A DNA stretch of 64,000 nucleotides from Podarcis muralis (GCF_964188315.1 NC_135661.1:49600001-49664000), one strand, 5' to 3'; numbered from the stretch's first letter, positions 24,917-36,542 are shown. Numbers and translations: made by a program. Notes: a model not told the origin generated them from the sequence alone.

Positions 24917-26521
24917 CTAAGTTCTGCCAAGGTTCCAGAGATGATCCGGGAAAATTTCCGGACGGTCTCGAGCCACTGGCACCAGGGACCTGAAACGCTC
25001 CATCTGAAAACGGGACAGAGCATCAGCAATATCGTTAGAAATTCCCGGGACAAAACGGGCAGAAAACACAATGTTAAAACGCAAGCAGTGTAAAACGAAG
25101 TCCCGAAGAAGGGCAGATACCCTAGGGGATCGTGAAGACTGCTTGGCCAGTACATTCACCACCTCCTGGTTATCGGTCCAGAAACAAACTCGGTGATCCT
25201 TGAAATGCTCGACCCATAAGTGCACTGCCACTACAATGGGAAAAAACTCGAGAAAGGTTAGGTCCCGCGTTATAGCCTGCCCCTGCCAAGCAGGCGGCCA
25301 GCGCTCAGCACACCACCTACCATCCCAGTACAAGCCAAACCCCAAGGACCCCGCAGCATCAGAATGGACCTGGAAGTCATTGTGGAGGTTCAAAGTGTCC
25401 TGCCACAATGACACCCCATTGAACTCTTCCAAGAATTCCAACCAAATTGCAAGGTCAGCCCGTACCTGAGCAGGAAGGCGGACCCTGTGATGCGGGGCCT
25501 GCAAGCCCGAGGTAAGTCTGGCCAAGCGCGAACAAAATGGACGCCCTGGAGAGACCACCCTGCAAGCAAAGTTCAGGTGGCCCAGCAACGACTGAAGTTG
25601 CCGCAGGGAAACCTTCTTTAATGGAATCATCTCCTCAATGACCTTTCGCAAATTGGTTATTTTCTCCAGCGGCAAGCTAGACGTTTGGGCCACGGTATCC
25701 AGCAGGATACCCAAGTAAGTGAGCTGCGTAGAAGGACCTTCGGTCTTACCAGCCGCTAAAGGAACACCCAGATCTTCCGTTAAGGAAGCAAAGGCCTGCA
25801 ATAAAACTACGCAGTCCCCTGTATTGCCAGCCGAAGCGACCAAAAAATCATCGAGATAATGCGTGACACCGCTCAAACCGGTTTTTTCACGCAAAGCCCA
25901 TTCCAAAAATGAACTAAAACACTCAAAAGCCGCACAGGCGACTGAGCAACCCATGGGCATAGCTTTATCGAAGTAAAAACTACCTTCGAACCGAAATCCC
26001 AGCAACCAAAAATCATCGGGATGAATTGGAAGCAGCCGGAACGCCGATTCAATGTCGCACTTTGCCAGTAAGGCACCCGGTCCGAATTTCCGGATCATCT
26101 TGATTGCGTGATCAAGAGAAGCATACCTCACCGAACAAAGCTCCGGGGGAATCACATCATTTACTGATGTGCCCCTAGGATGTGAGAGATTATGGATCAG
26201 GCGAAATTCGCCCGGGGCTTTTTTGGGCACTATGCCCAAAGGTGAAATATGCAAATTGGGCAAAGGTGGGACAGCAAAAGGGCCGGCCATGCGACGTAAA
26301 GCTAATTCTTTATCAATTTTCTTACGCGCCACCTCTGGCATATCCCTAATCGATTTTTGGTTCGCTGGGTTTTTGGCAACCGGGGCAGAGACCACCGGGA
26401 TTCTAAAACCTAAAGAAAAACCGTCACGCAAATAAGACGCCGCTTTGGCATCAGGGTACGACTTCAACAAAGAAAGTAGCGGCTGCAGCCTTACTGGGGT
26501 GTAAGCTAAAGAAGAAATCAT
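24917..26521 (-). CDS. Reverse transcriptase + RNase H
   Basis: VPKK..FRLI.NLS, KCDIESAFR, MPMG, YLDD; RNase H residues SDAAG, LEFFP, TDNQ, ADALSR; 534 aa uninterrupted. Confidence 0.95.
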   Translation of the reverse strand: MISSLAYTPVRLQPLLSLLKSYPDAKAASYLRDGFSLGFRIPVVSAPVAKNPANQKSIRDMPEVARKKIDKELALRRMAGPFAVPPLPNLHISPLGIVPKKAPGEFRLIHNLSHPRGTSVNDVIPPELCSVRYASLDHAIKMIRKFGPGALLAKCDIESAFRLLPIHPDDFWLLGFRFEGSFYFDKAMPMGCSVACAAFECFSSFLEWALREKTGLSGVTHYLDDFLVASAGNTGDCVVLLQAFASLTEDLGVPLAAGKTEGPSTQLTYLGILLDTVAQTSSLPLEKITNLRKVIEEMIPLKKVSLRQLQSLLGHLNFACRVVSPGRPFCSRLARLTSGLQAPHHRVRLPAQVRADLAIWLEFLEEFNGVSLWQDTLNLHNDFQVHSDAAGSLGFGLYWDGRWCAERWPPAWQGQAITRDLTFLEFFPIVVAVHLWVEHFKDHRVCFWTDNQEVVNVLAKQSSRSPRVSALLRDFVLHCLRFNIVFSARFVPGISNDIADALSRFQMERFRSLVPVARDRPEIFPDHLWNLGRT

Positions 26522-26522
26522 G

Positions 26523-28042
26523 CTATTTTCCTGCTCCCGTGGCAGGGGCTTGCGTAGTGGCTTTTGGGGGCTGCTGAGAGCCCCCTCCTTTCCGAAAGGG
26601 GCGGCGGCCTACCTGGCACACGGACCCGGAATGGTTCCCTGAACACTTATCGCACACATGTGCGTATTTGCAGGATTGCCGTGTACAAGCGCCCTTATTA
26701 AAATCCCAGCAAAAGGGCTTACGTCCCACCCTTGAAGGGGCAGCCTTAAACTTCTGGGTATCAGGGACCTTCTTGTCTATACGGGGGGCCACATAAGTGG
26801 TCCAGACGTCCAAGTCCTTCCGATCCCAGCGGGCCGTAGGGATCTTTGCCGCCCTCCGCCTAAAATTCTGGTCGTACGCTAACGCAGCAGTCTCTCCACC
26901 CATTGTGAAGGCGGAACGGACTATGGATAGGTACACCCAAAGATGCACGGATCTTCTAGGATAAGCCGCGGCCACCACTCCGGCAAAAACCTGGAAACTA
27001 TCTAACCATCGCTCGAAGGTCCTATCTGCCTTAGCTAAGACCGTCCGCTTCTTTGGAACGGGCAGACCCTTGTCCAGAGGCTCCTGGCCTTCCAGCGGGG
27101 GGGCCAGGCTGAATATATCAACATAGCGGCCGTCCAATATCCTGGCACGCAATTTGGAGGACAGGTGAGCCCCAGGAATAATGTCCCTGGCCGAGTTGGT
27201 GGAGACCTTTACATCCGGCACCAGGACCCCTTCAAGGCAGTCTTGCACTGCTCCGTACCTGGCCCTATGGGAATTTGCCCTCCGCTCCCAAACCCATTTC
27301 GGGAGCCCCGAGGTTTCCCCATAACCCCAGTATAACTTAAGGGGGGCCTCCTCATCACTACTCGTGCTCTGGGATGACTCACCTGACGAAGAGGAGGAGG
27401 TGTCTCTACGTCTCCTCTTGGCACGTTTCTTCGAACTTTTCTTACGGCGGCGGTGACCACCAGAGGATGCCTTCGGAGGAAGAGGGAGGCTATCCTCGAC
27501 CGACGACTCTGATGCATCGCCCTGCTGCGGAGTAGCTGGAAGTGACTGGAAAGACACAACCTGTGAATGACCAGGCATCGAGGTGCCCACCCCCGCGGGC
27601 TGCAAAGGTAACCTCCGCGCGACCAGACCCCGTGCAGGTGCCCTCTTTCCAGCCCCCGCCCGGGTAGAAACCCGACCCCGTGGCACGGCAACCTGCGGCA
27701 CAGGTGGCACCGAGGACCGAGCCTGAGGCGCGTCAGGCAAGGGGCCACTGGCTGGCAGTGGCTCTCTTCTTCGCTGGATGAAGACAGTGGAGACGAAGCA
27801 TCTACAGGTGGAGCCAGCATGGCAGAAGTTGACGGTGTCGAGTGGCGATGCATCAGACCATCCAGCTCCGTCTCCATCCTTGCCAGAGCCACCGGGTCGC
27901 CAGCCAAACTGGAGACCATGGATTGAAGGCGTCTCACCGACTGGCCAGGCTCAGGGGAACGTAAGGCCTGAGACGGGCCTCTTATGGGCCGCTTTGTGGC
28001 GCAGGCCGGACCAGACTTCTTCGTCGCCTTCTTTGGGGCCAT
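26523..28042 (-). CDS. Gag-like ORF1 with C-terminal zinc fingers, one frameshift near 27750-27760
   Basis: N-terminal part MAPKKATKK...SSSSEEE (ATG at 28042) continues in another frame as EPLPASGPLPDAPQ...; C-terminal CWDFNKGACTRQSCKYAHVCDKCSGNHSGSVC (CCCH plus CCHC-like). Confidence 0.8.
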
Positions 28043-28337
28043 TCCTACTACTGGTATAAAATTAAAAAAAAAAAGAAATTTAAGTTAAAATAAAATCAAA
28101 TAAAATTTGAGAATTGACAAGTAGGACCGAGTAAAGGATTATTGATGAATTAACGGTAAAGGCTCTAAAAGAATAAAGAAATAAAGTTAAATAAACAATA
28201 AAAATTAGATCAGGTACCAGTAGAAGCGAACGACCGCCCGGCACCAATACACTACGGCGTGGCAGAACCTAAGATAGCCAAGCCAAATGCAAGGCACCAG
28301 GTATCAGGCAATGCGGCCTATGCAAATATACCAGTGA

Positions 28338-28501
28338 CCACTAGAGGCCGTCACCTAAAAAAGAAAATGCACTGTTATACCTCCTGCGGCCACCAGAGGC
28401 CGCCACTCAATTTATTTAATTATTGTTCTATTTTTTAAGGCCCTGCAATTGCAGGGACTGACCACCAGATGGCGCCAATACAGAAAGAAGGCAAGATGGC
28501 G
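28338..28501 (+). promoter_or_regulatory. Cluster of three CTCF-like motifs plus a YY1-like motif
   Basis: ccactagaggccgtca (28338), ccaccagaggccgcca (28390) and ccaccagatggcgcca (28462), all in the same orientation; caagatggcg at 28492-28501. Confidence 0.65.
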
Positions 28502-29500
28502 CTCCCGCCAAATTGCCCGAAGAAGGAGGCAGCCCGGGGGACCCACCCGAACCAGGTGAGTCGATTCGACCCAGGCCGCCCCGCTGGCGCCCCAAAAGCC
28601 TTAAAGGCAGGGAACAGCCCACCAGCCGGGCCCACCCGGCCACAGGAATCCCAGGCCGCTGGCGCACACCCCCACCAGGCGCAGGGGCCTATCAACGCCC
28701 CGCGCCTGTGAATCGGGGCCTCGCGGGCCCGAAAAATTGCCGCGAGGCGGGGGGGCAGCCGGGCAAAGCCCAGGCCGCAGCCGGGCCGCGACGAGCCGCG
28801 GCGCCCGCAGGCCCAACGCGCCCCGAGCCGCGATGCCCGGCTCAGCGCGGCCCGTCGATCGAGGCGGCCACGCGCCCCGCGCAGGAGCCCGGGCACCAGG
28901 AGGGCCTCCAAGGCCAAACGAGCTCCGGGGGGCAGCGGGCGGAGCGGAGAGGCCGCGGCCGGGCCGACCAGGCTGCGACGCGCCGCGGCGCCGCAGGCCC
29001 ACGCTCCGCGGGCCGCGATGCCGGGGCAACGCGGCCCGACGCCCGCGACAGCCGCGCACCACAGCCCCCAGGCCCCGCGAGGGTCCCGAAGGCCCGACCG
29101 GTCCACGGGGCAGCAGGAGGAGGCCACGGCCAAGACGAACAGGCCGCGGCAGCACCGCCGCGCCCGCAGCCGATGTGCCACGGGCAGGTGCCGCCCCCGG
29201 GGATCAGGCCTCACCGGGCCGAAAGGCCCAAGGGGGGGAGACAGAAAGGCGCAGGCCCCAGCAGGGCGACCAGGCCCCGGCGAAGCCGCGAGGACCAGGC
29301 CCAGCAGCGGCCGACCAGGGCGAGCAGAGTACCAAGGCCCCCCCCCCAAGCTGTAGGGAGGCCGAGGGAGGAAGGGAGGCTGTTCCCCAACTGGCCCGGG
29401 CCTTCTGGCTCGGCCGAGAACCGGGCCGTCAGCCACCCAGGGCCAGAGGCCTCGTCCTCCCCCCTACCGAGAGCTAAGGCCCCGCTACTGCCCCAGAAAA
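28480..29500. promoter_or_regulatory. CpG island within the element's 5' leader
   Basis: About 1 kb of extremely GC- and CpG-rich sequence against an AT-rich intron background. Confidence 0.8.
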
Positions 29501-29627
29501 GCAATAAGGAAGGAAATTCAGAAGGAAGGGGAAATCAGGAGGAGAAAAGAAAGACAAAGGGAAAGGGACAATCACGGGAATATACAACCAACTCTTGCTG
29601 AAGGCACACGGTGCAGATAGATCCGAT

Positions 29628-29805
29628 GTCCACAGCAAAAGAGAAAGAGAAAGCTGTGGACCCTGCTTATATAAGGGAACTAATCCCACCCCTCAATTGG
29701 CAACATCAATTTTGCCCTAGTAACAACTACGACCAATCTGCTCCAGCCCATTGCCATCAATGGACTGGTCACTAACTAGGGTTTTGCTTGGCCCCATCCG
29801 CAACA
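29628..29805 (-). promoter_or_regulatory. Putative Pol II promoter at the element's 5' terminus
   Basis: CCAAT/ATTGG boxes and TATA-like CTTATATAAG (29666-29675), followed on the minus strand by a 9-bp hairpin gtccacagc/gctgtggac (29628-29661) with a pyrimidine-rich loop where the TSS would fall. Confidence 0.55.
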
Positions 29806-29831
29806 CGTGCTCTCTCTTTATGAGAACACGC

Positions 29832-30314
29832 TTTGTTGTTGTTGTTTAGTCATTTAGTCGTATCAAACTCTTTGTGACCCCATGGATCAGGGCTCGCCAG
29901 GCACTCCTGTTTTCCACTGCATCCCGCAGTTTGGTCAGACTCATGTTTGTAGCTTCGAGAACACTGTCCAACCATCTCATCCTCTGTCGTCCCCTTCTCC
30001 TTGTGCTCTCTATCTTTCCCAACATCAGGGTCTTTTCCAGGGAGTCTTCTCTTCTCATGAGGTGGCCAAAGTATTGGAGACTCAGCTTCACGATCTGTCC
30101 TTCCAGTGAGCACTCAGGGCTGATTTCCTTAAGAATGGATAGGTTTGATCTTCTTGCAGTCCATGGGACTCTCAAGAGTCTCCTCCAGCACCATAATTCA
30201 AAAGCATAAATTCTTCAGCGATCAACCTTCTTTATGCTCCAGCTCTCACTTCCATACATCACTACTCAAAAAACCATAGCTTTAACTATATGGACCTTTG
30301 TTTGCAAGGTGATG
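29832..30314 (-). mobile_element. 5'-truncated BovB/RTE LINE 3' end
   Basis: Peptide RVPWTARRSNLSILKEISPECSLEGQIVKLSLQYFGHLMRREDSLEKTLMLGKIE...RQRMRWLDSV; (CAA)n tail; closely similar to the 4481-4901 copy. Confidence 0.9.
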
Positions 30315-30340
30315 AACTATTTATTTGTTTATTTTTAAAG

Positions 30341-30605
30341 GTTCACGGATATTAAAGACAACTCAGGAAAACTTGACTTCAACTCACTTTCTCCATCAAA
30401 GAAGGAATACTGGTCTATGCTGGCCTACAACCGGTCTAAGTTGTGCAATATTCTTTTATCCAATGAGCTGAACCGCCGCCTTTCTCCCCATGGGGTGACA
30501 TCAAATGCAGTGCATCCTGGAAATATGATGTACACATCCCTTCATCACAACTGGTGGCTGTTTACCCTGCTGTTTACCTTGGCTCGCCCTTTCACTAAAT
30601 CCATG
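30341..30605 (+). CDS. WWOX: WWOX coding exon (human exon 8 equivalent)
   Basis: ttttaaag|G TTC ACG...TCC ATG|gtaagt, 265 nt. [88 protein letters not shown] carries the catalytic YxxxK (YNRSK). Confidence 0.98.
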
Positions 30606-32858
30606 GTAAGTGAACTACATTTTATACATCTTTGGATTATTAAGTGTGCTAGATTTTCAGAAATCCTGCTGTAACTTTCTTATTTCAGCAGTGTTTCATA
30701 ACTGCTAACTTCAGCAGTGGCTACCATAACCATGAAACTCTGAATAAAAGAGTCTGCATTTCTAGCTTGCTTTGATTGCTTTTTGATAGACAGTTGTGCA
30801 TTTTCAGTGTCATGCAATTCTGTGCATATATGTTGTGTACAGTGTGAATATCAAGTGAGTCTTTGCTGAGGGGTGGATCAGAAATGTGAGAGAAGAGAGA
30901 GGTGGAACTGCAGATAGCATTATGCTTGGGAGATGCTATAAAGATGGGATGAGTAGAAGAAAAATAAATGCTGACATCTTTTTGAAAGCAAAACAACAAC
31001 AACTCTGAAATATATGAATGATTAACTCCATAGCATCTCATTGACTTTCATAACATCTAAAATTTGGAGCTGTTTTCATATACTTGCTACAGTTCTGCCT
31101 TAAAACAAAATGTTTGTGTTGGCACCTAGGGAAGCAGAAAAGTATCAAATCTTAAGGCTGCCAGAGCTTAGCAGATGTTTCAGTGAACGGAATTTTCAAA
31201 TTCTTTAGCATTAAAAATAGCTAGAAATCTGAGGTGCTTGGGTTACACTTTCTGTTTCGGTGCAGAGCCAACCATTGTGCTTGAGTTTTAACAGATGTGC
31301 TGTTTTTTTCCAAGTGGATGGGAATGCTTTTTTTCAAGTGGATGGGAATATAACACTACTACTGCTGTGTAGTTATAAATTATAATCAGAAAAAATTCTT
31401 AACCTTAGATAGATATAGTGAAATAATTGTATGCTCGAGCAATATGCCTGCATGTATATGCCCCAGTGCCACTAAGAAGATCCATGGTGGTAAGAAGATT
31501 AAAGCATATATATTTCTTGCTGGATTGGTCAAGTGAGATACACATTTGGATACACCTGAATATTTATCTGACTGATAAAGGTGAGATATACTGTCCTGAA
31601 TAGATACTAAATACTTTTTTTAAAATGAAAGCTCAGATTCTGGGCGTACCTGCCCAGGGGAATTCCTAGAAACCTTCATGGGCACCTTGTTTATATCATC
31701 CATAAACAAATCTCCTGATTCAGTAGAATTGCTCAGATATGTTAATGATAGTTTAAAGGAGGATTTAAGAAGCAATACTTTTAAAAAATCCTGCTTTATT
31801 ATTTTCAGTCTTTTCATTTTTAGCACACCTATGACTTTACCTACCACCTACTAAAGCTGACAGTACTTAAGTAGTGAACACATGGTGCAGTAGATTCATG
31901 AATGGCACCCAATATGCTTACCTTTCCTTAGCTGAATGCCAGCTTGTTCTCCACCTTCTTTTTTAATTAAACTTTAAAATGAACAATGAAGAGCAAGAAC
32001 AGAGAAACACTTGAGATTATTGGCTTGGAAGAAAATGATCTGCACCCTAGAGAAAGCCAATTGCACATAAGCAATTCCCCAGTGGATCATATTTAGCCTG
32101 GGTGTCAGCACAAAACTCTTGACATTGAATCCTCCCTCACAGACCAAGTCATCAAACCATCTTTGATCATGCTTTATGCAACAGCAGTTTCAGTTATTAA
32201 ACCTCCTACAGGGTCTGCTGCTGGCAGGCTAAACCACTGTTATTTCTTTTTTTTAAAAAAAAAACCCAGCCAGGATCAATCCAAATAGAGGCAGAAATCT
32301 TGAAATCCCCTGTTCACAGTGGGCACCACTGAAGTGGTTTTGAGGCTGTATTCTGGCAGTTCAGGATGCCAGTTCATACTGAAGTAATTAAAGTTATGCG
32401 TTCTAAATGGTATAACTATTCTGATTCTAGTTAGCTTGTAGGCAGATCTCAAGTACGGAAGAGCTTGCATTAAACTTCAAAGTGTTAGTGAAGTAGTGGG
32501 GAACCTGCCCTCCTCAGTTCTTACCCTTTGTTTTTGGACTTCCACTCCTGTCATCACCAGCCTGCATGGCCAATGGTCAGGGCTTATGGAAGTTGCAACT
32601 ACTGAAGGGCCACAGGTTCTCCCCCCCTGGTTTAGTGTATAATATTTTCACTATTGGTAATTTGGTAACTTAAATATAATATCTTACCAAAGTTGTTCAG
32701 TCCTCACAAAAGTAAGATGTTTAGTCAAATACTCAAGAAATCAAAAGTCACATGCAAGGAACCAGGAGAACCAGTCAGACATACAAAAAGCTGAAGAGAA
32801 AAGTAAGTTTTTCCAGAGAGTAAAAAAGTCCAGGGACTTAGCTACATTGGTCAAATTA

Positions 32859-33210
32859 AAGGTAAAGGGACCCCTAACCATTAGGTCCAGTCATGACCAA
32901 CTCTGGGGTTGCGGCGCTCATATCGCTTTATTGGCCGAGGGAACCGGCGTACAGCTTCCGGGTCATGTGGCCAGCATGACTAAGCTGCTTCTGGTGAACC
33001 AGAGCAGTGCACGGAAATCCCGTTTACCTTCCCACCTGAGTGGTACCTATTTATCTGCTTGCACTTTGACGTGCTTTCAAGCTGCTAGGTTGGCAGGAGC
33101 AGGGACCTAGCAACGGGTGCTCACCCCGTCGCAGGGATTTGAACCGCCGACCTTCTGATCGGCAAGACCTGGGCTCTGTGGTTTAACCCACAGCACCAGC
33201 CGCGTCCCTA
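32859..33210 (-). mobile_element. Sauria-type tRNA-derived SINE, full length
   Basis: tRNA-like head with A/B boxes; 13-bp TSD attggtcaaatta at 32846-32858 and 33211-33223. Confidence 0.88.
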
Positions 33211-36200
33211 ATTGGTCAAATTACAATGTTATAAATGTGTTATAACACTGTGACACCAGATGGTGTTGTAGAGCTGAAATCACAACTCAATGATATTTTC
33301 CATTGTGAGCTTTACGACTTTTTCAAAAAGAGCGTTTTCAGAGTGGTTTTTTATAGCTTGGTAGTTCTAGCCCCAGTCATCACAGGCTGAAGACATAGCT
33401 GGCCTGGAGGGCAGGATGACTCCTGCCTGTCATGGCCAGCAGGAGGAACAACCCTAATGAGAAAAGTCACCCATCCCTATCACAACATAAAAATTCATGG
33501 TCAGTAAGAATTTCCATTTTCCTACATTTCCTAAGAGCTGGAGCTTGCAGAGGAGCAATTCCAAATAGGTTTCCCCCTTAGACATGATATGGTTTCACAC
33601 ACTTGGGTGCATAAACTTACATCTGTCTGTATAGCTGGAGGTCAACTGAACAATAATATGTAGAAGGTTTCTAAAAGTGTGCTTTGTGTCGTGATATTGA
33701 TACTTCTTCCTGACCTTTAGGAATGGCTGGCTTGCTTTACCTAACTCTGGTCTTTATTTCTGTTCATGCCATCTTTGTAAAAGTGCCATACCGCTTTAAA
33801 CCTTTTCCCAATCAGTTTCATATGATGGGTTCTCTTTAATCATTTACATTCTGGGGAAAGTCAAATATTCCATAAGAAGCCAAAGTAATCTAGCTGAATA
33901 TATAGTGTTTGTGCAGCTGGATATTTTATTTATTTGAAGTATTGCGAGAACTCTCTTCTGACTTTACAGAAAAAAAGGATGACGAGTAAACAGTAAGAGG
34001 GTCCAAGTAATCTGAACCTGAAAGTCCCTTCTTTTAGAGCAAAGTCATAACATTTTCCATGTTCCAAAAAAGAAAAAGAAGTCTACAAAGCTATATAATG
34101 CTCTTATAGTACTGCTGTTTTTTTCTTACTCTGATCAGTCTTTAAAAGTGTTGATATTACCAGATAGAAAAATAATAATTACTGTCTATTCTATGATATT
34201 TCATTCATCATTACTTATATTTTTTGGCTAGGCACAATACACGCATAACATTAACATTTTAAAATGAATTTTCCTTGCCTTTTTCTGTTCTCTTTCTGTT
34301 CTATTCTTTCACTAAATGTCTTAAGATGTTTATATATCCTATCTTCTTTCAGAGGTATTAAAGCTGTTCAATACTCTGATTGAAATGCAAGATATTTTGA
34401 ACTACTGTTCCATATTTTAAAAAATAAAAGATGCAGGGAATATGTGGTCATAACTCTTAGTTTGTGCATAGTGCAATCCAAGCATGGGTGCTTGGGGGAA
34501 ACTTGGGGGAAAAAATTGGGGGCCCAGGTAAGCCACACCCCACATAATTGATCACATGATTGATCACACACACCATTTAAATGGTAATGCCCATCAACTT
34601 TTGGGGGTAAACTCCCTCTAATATTTTAGGGGAGGTGAAGGGACCTCAGCGCCTAGGAGTTGGTTTTTAATTTTCAAGTTTATTTTTTAAAAATTTATAC
34701 CCTGATTTTTTTATGAGCCTGCTCCACAAAGCAGGTGAAATATACAAATACAACACACACAAATAATAAGCCGAATAAATTGTTTATTATTGATTATTGT
34801 TTTGCTGTTCTTTGAACCTTGTTAGTGGAAAGCCATATACATTATTGTAATAGTAATGAATCATTCCCAGCAAAGATTCAGGTACAGCCACTCACAGCTA
34901 TGGCCCGGCACTAACTAAGACTCTCTTGCTGATTGTTCATAGCTGCATTGACCCACCAACATACAGCAGTCCTCCATCTGGCCCCTGAGTTTAAATATCT
35001 AGAGACAAAGGAGTGCTTGCTAGCTGGGTTTTGTCTGCTGTTACTCTTGGCATGTACAGTAATACTCAGTATCACATTTCGGTGTCTCCTTACTGCTGAC
35101 ATTCACTAATCACCTTCAGTGTTGTGTTTGAACAATCTTCAGCTTATTTGTACTAAGCTGAAATAAGTAAAAGGTGGATTCAGTTTAGCACATTTGAACT
35201 TAAAACAGAAAATGCATACAACAAAATAAAACAAATAGAAGAAAAGAAAAATAATCTCACAAATTTTGTTGATGTGAAAACAGTTCTCTACCTTCCTCTA
35301 AAGACTGTTGTGTGATCTTATCTAAGATGATTTATCATGTTTGTTGAAATGATTGATCCTGTTTGGCCTTTTCATTCAATTATGAAAGAAAAGGGAATAA
35401 ATATTACTGAATTGATCACTCAGTGTTCAATATATAAATATGGATTTATCCTGTCCATTACTTATTTCAATTATTGTGGAAATATTGATTGCAAAACACA
35501 CACAACCATAATGCACTTTAAAACTTTCCAGGTATGCATATTGCTTTGGAATTTTTGGGAGGGGAGGGCTGTCAGAGTAAGAAGGAGACATTTGTGTATC
35601 ATTTTATTTTTCTGCTTTCTAGAGTTTTTAGATTAGTCATATCAATCTCTTCTTGGCAGTTGGATGACAAATATAAAGATCATAGTCAAATTCCATCCAT
35701 TATTTTAGTGAAACCATATATATTTGCAGTTAATACCAATATTGATATAGCAAACTCTTCTGTGTGTGCCAGAAATCCATATATAGTACTTGAGGAATTA
35801 TATTAATTGGAAAAACATTCCATAGAAAAGAGATAAATATAACAGTCACATTTAAAATAAGTCATTTTTTATGTATACAAAGAGCTGTTCCTGTAGAAAA
35901 CTCTTGTATATTTTATCTTCAATATATATGGTCCGGCTAACAGCATTGCATGTTTCTGAAATAGTGAAGAATTCCAGGCATAATCTTTATTCCTCCTTAT
36001 TTTGGATAGGTTATATACTATTTCCTACCATACATACCTACCTTTCTCCCTTTCTTGTTAGCAAATTGGCATCTCAAGGTGACTGATATAGAGTGGTTGG
36101 TTTACAGTGGGCCATGTTTAGTGGCTATACAGTGGGCCATGTTTAGTGGCTGTAAATACCGTCGGATTACCCAAAACTTATATGGCCAAATCACCTTTCA

Positions 36201-36355
36201 ATAAATATTTTTAACTTTTGAAACTTATGAAACCAAGAATATAACATGATGCCATATGCAGTTGGAAGTATTGGTTATTCATTGTGTATCTTCTATCACA
36301 GCATTTTTTTTTAAGGTGGAGGGGATTCAGCACATTAAGGCACCACTTCTCAGTA

Positions 36356-36542
36356 CACTGGTACCTCTGGTTACAGACGGGATCTGTTTGAGAGGTCCGG
36401 TTGGATCCCGAGGTTTCTGCAACCTGAGGACTGCGTCTGCGCATGTGCGTGCGGCAAAACCTGGTAAAATATTTCTGGGCTTGCCATGCACGCATCCTGA
36501 AGTTTACGTAACCAGAGGTTTACGTAAACAGAGGTTTGACTG
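36356..36542. mobile_element. Tc1/mariner (Tigger/pogo-like) MITE
   Basis: TA|CACTGGTACCTCTGGTTAC ... GTAAACAGAGGTTTGACTG|TA: imperfect TIRs and TA flanks. Confidence 0.7.

Larger units (their letters stand above)
22962..29805 (-). mobile_element. Ngaro-like (DIRS order) tyrosine-recombinase retrotransposon, near full length
   Basis: ORF order gag - RT/RNase H (no methyltransferase) - YR - SGNH hydrolase. Ends TGTTGCG...CGCAACA. TATA region at the 5' end and AATAAA (+ strand tttatt 23060-23065) near the 3' end. Confidence 0.88.

Noticed and set aside
23581-26435. + strand ORFs of 68-181 aa opposite the YR element genes
   Set aside because: Antisense shadows of GC-rich coding sequence.
28435-29601. 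Overlapping long ORFs on both strands (333, 362, 246, 184 aa)
   Set aside because: Arg/Pro/Gly/Ala low-complexity frames expected where extreme GC content removes stop codons; no motifs.
30606-30674. Track ORF 30417-30674 continuing past exon 8
   Set aside because: Runs through a consensus GTAAGT donor; the tail is intronic.
36103-36151. Tandem 24-nt duplication tacagtgggccatgtttagtggct
   Set aside because: Ordinary local duplication with no further structure.
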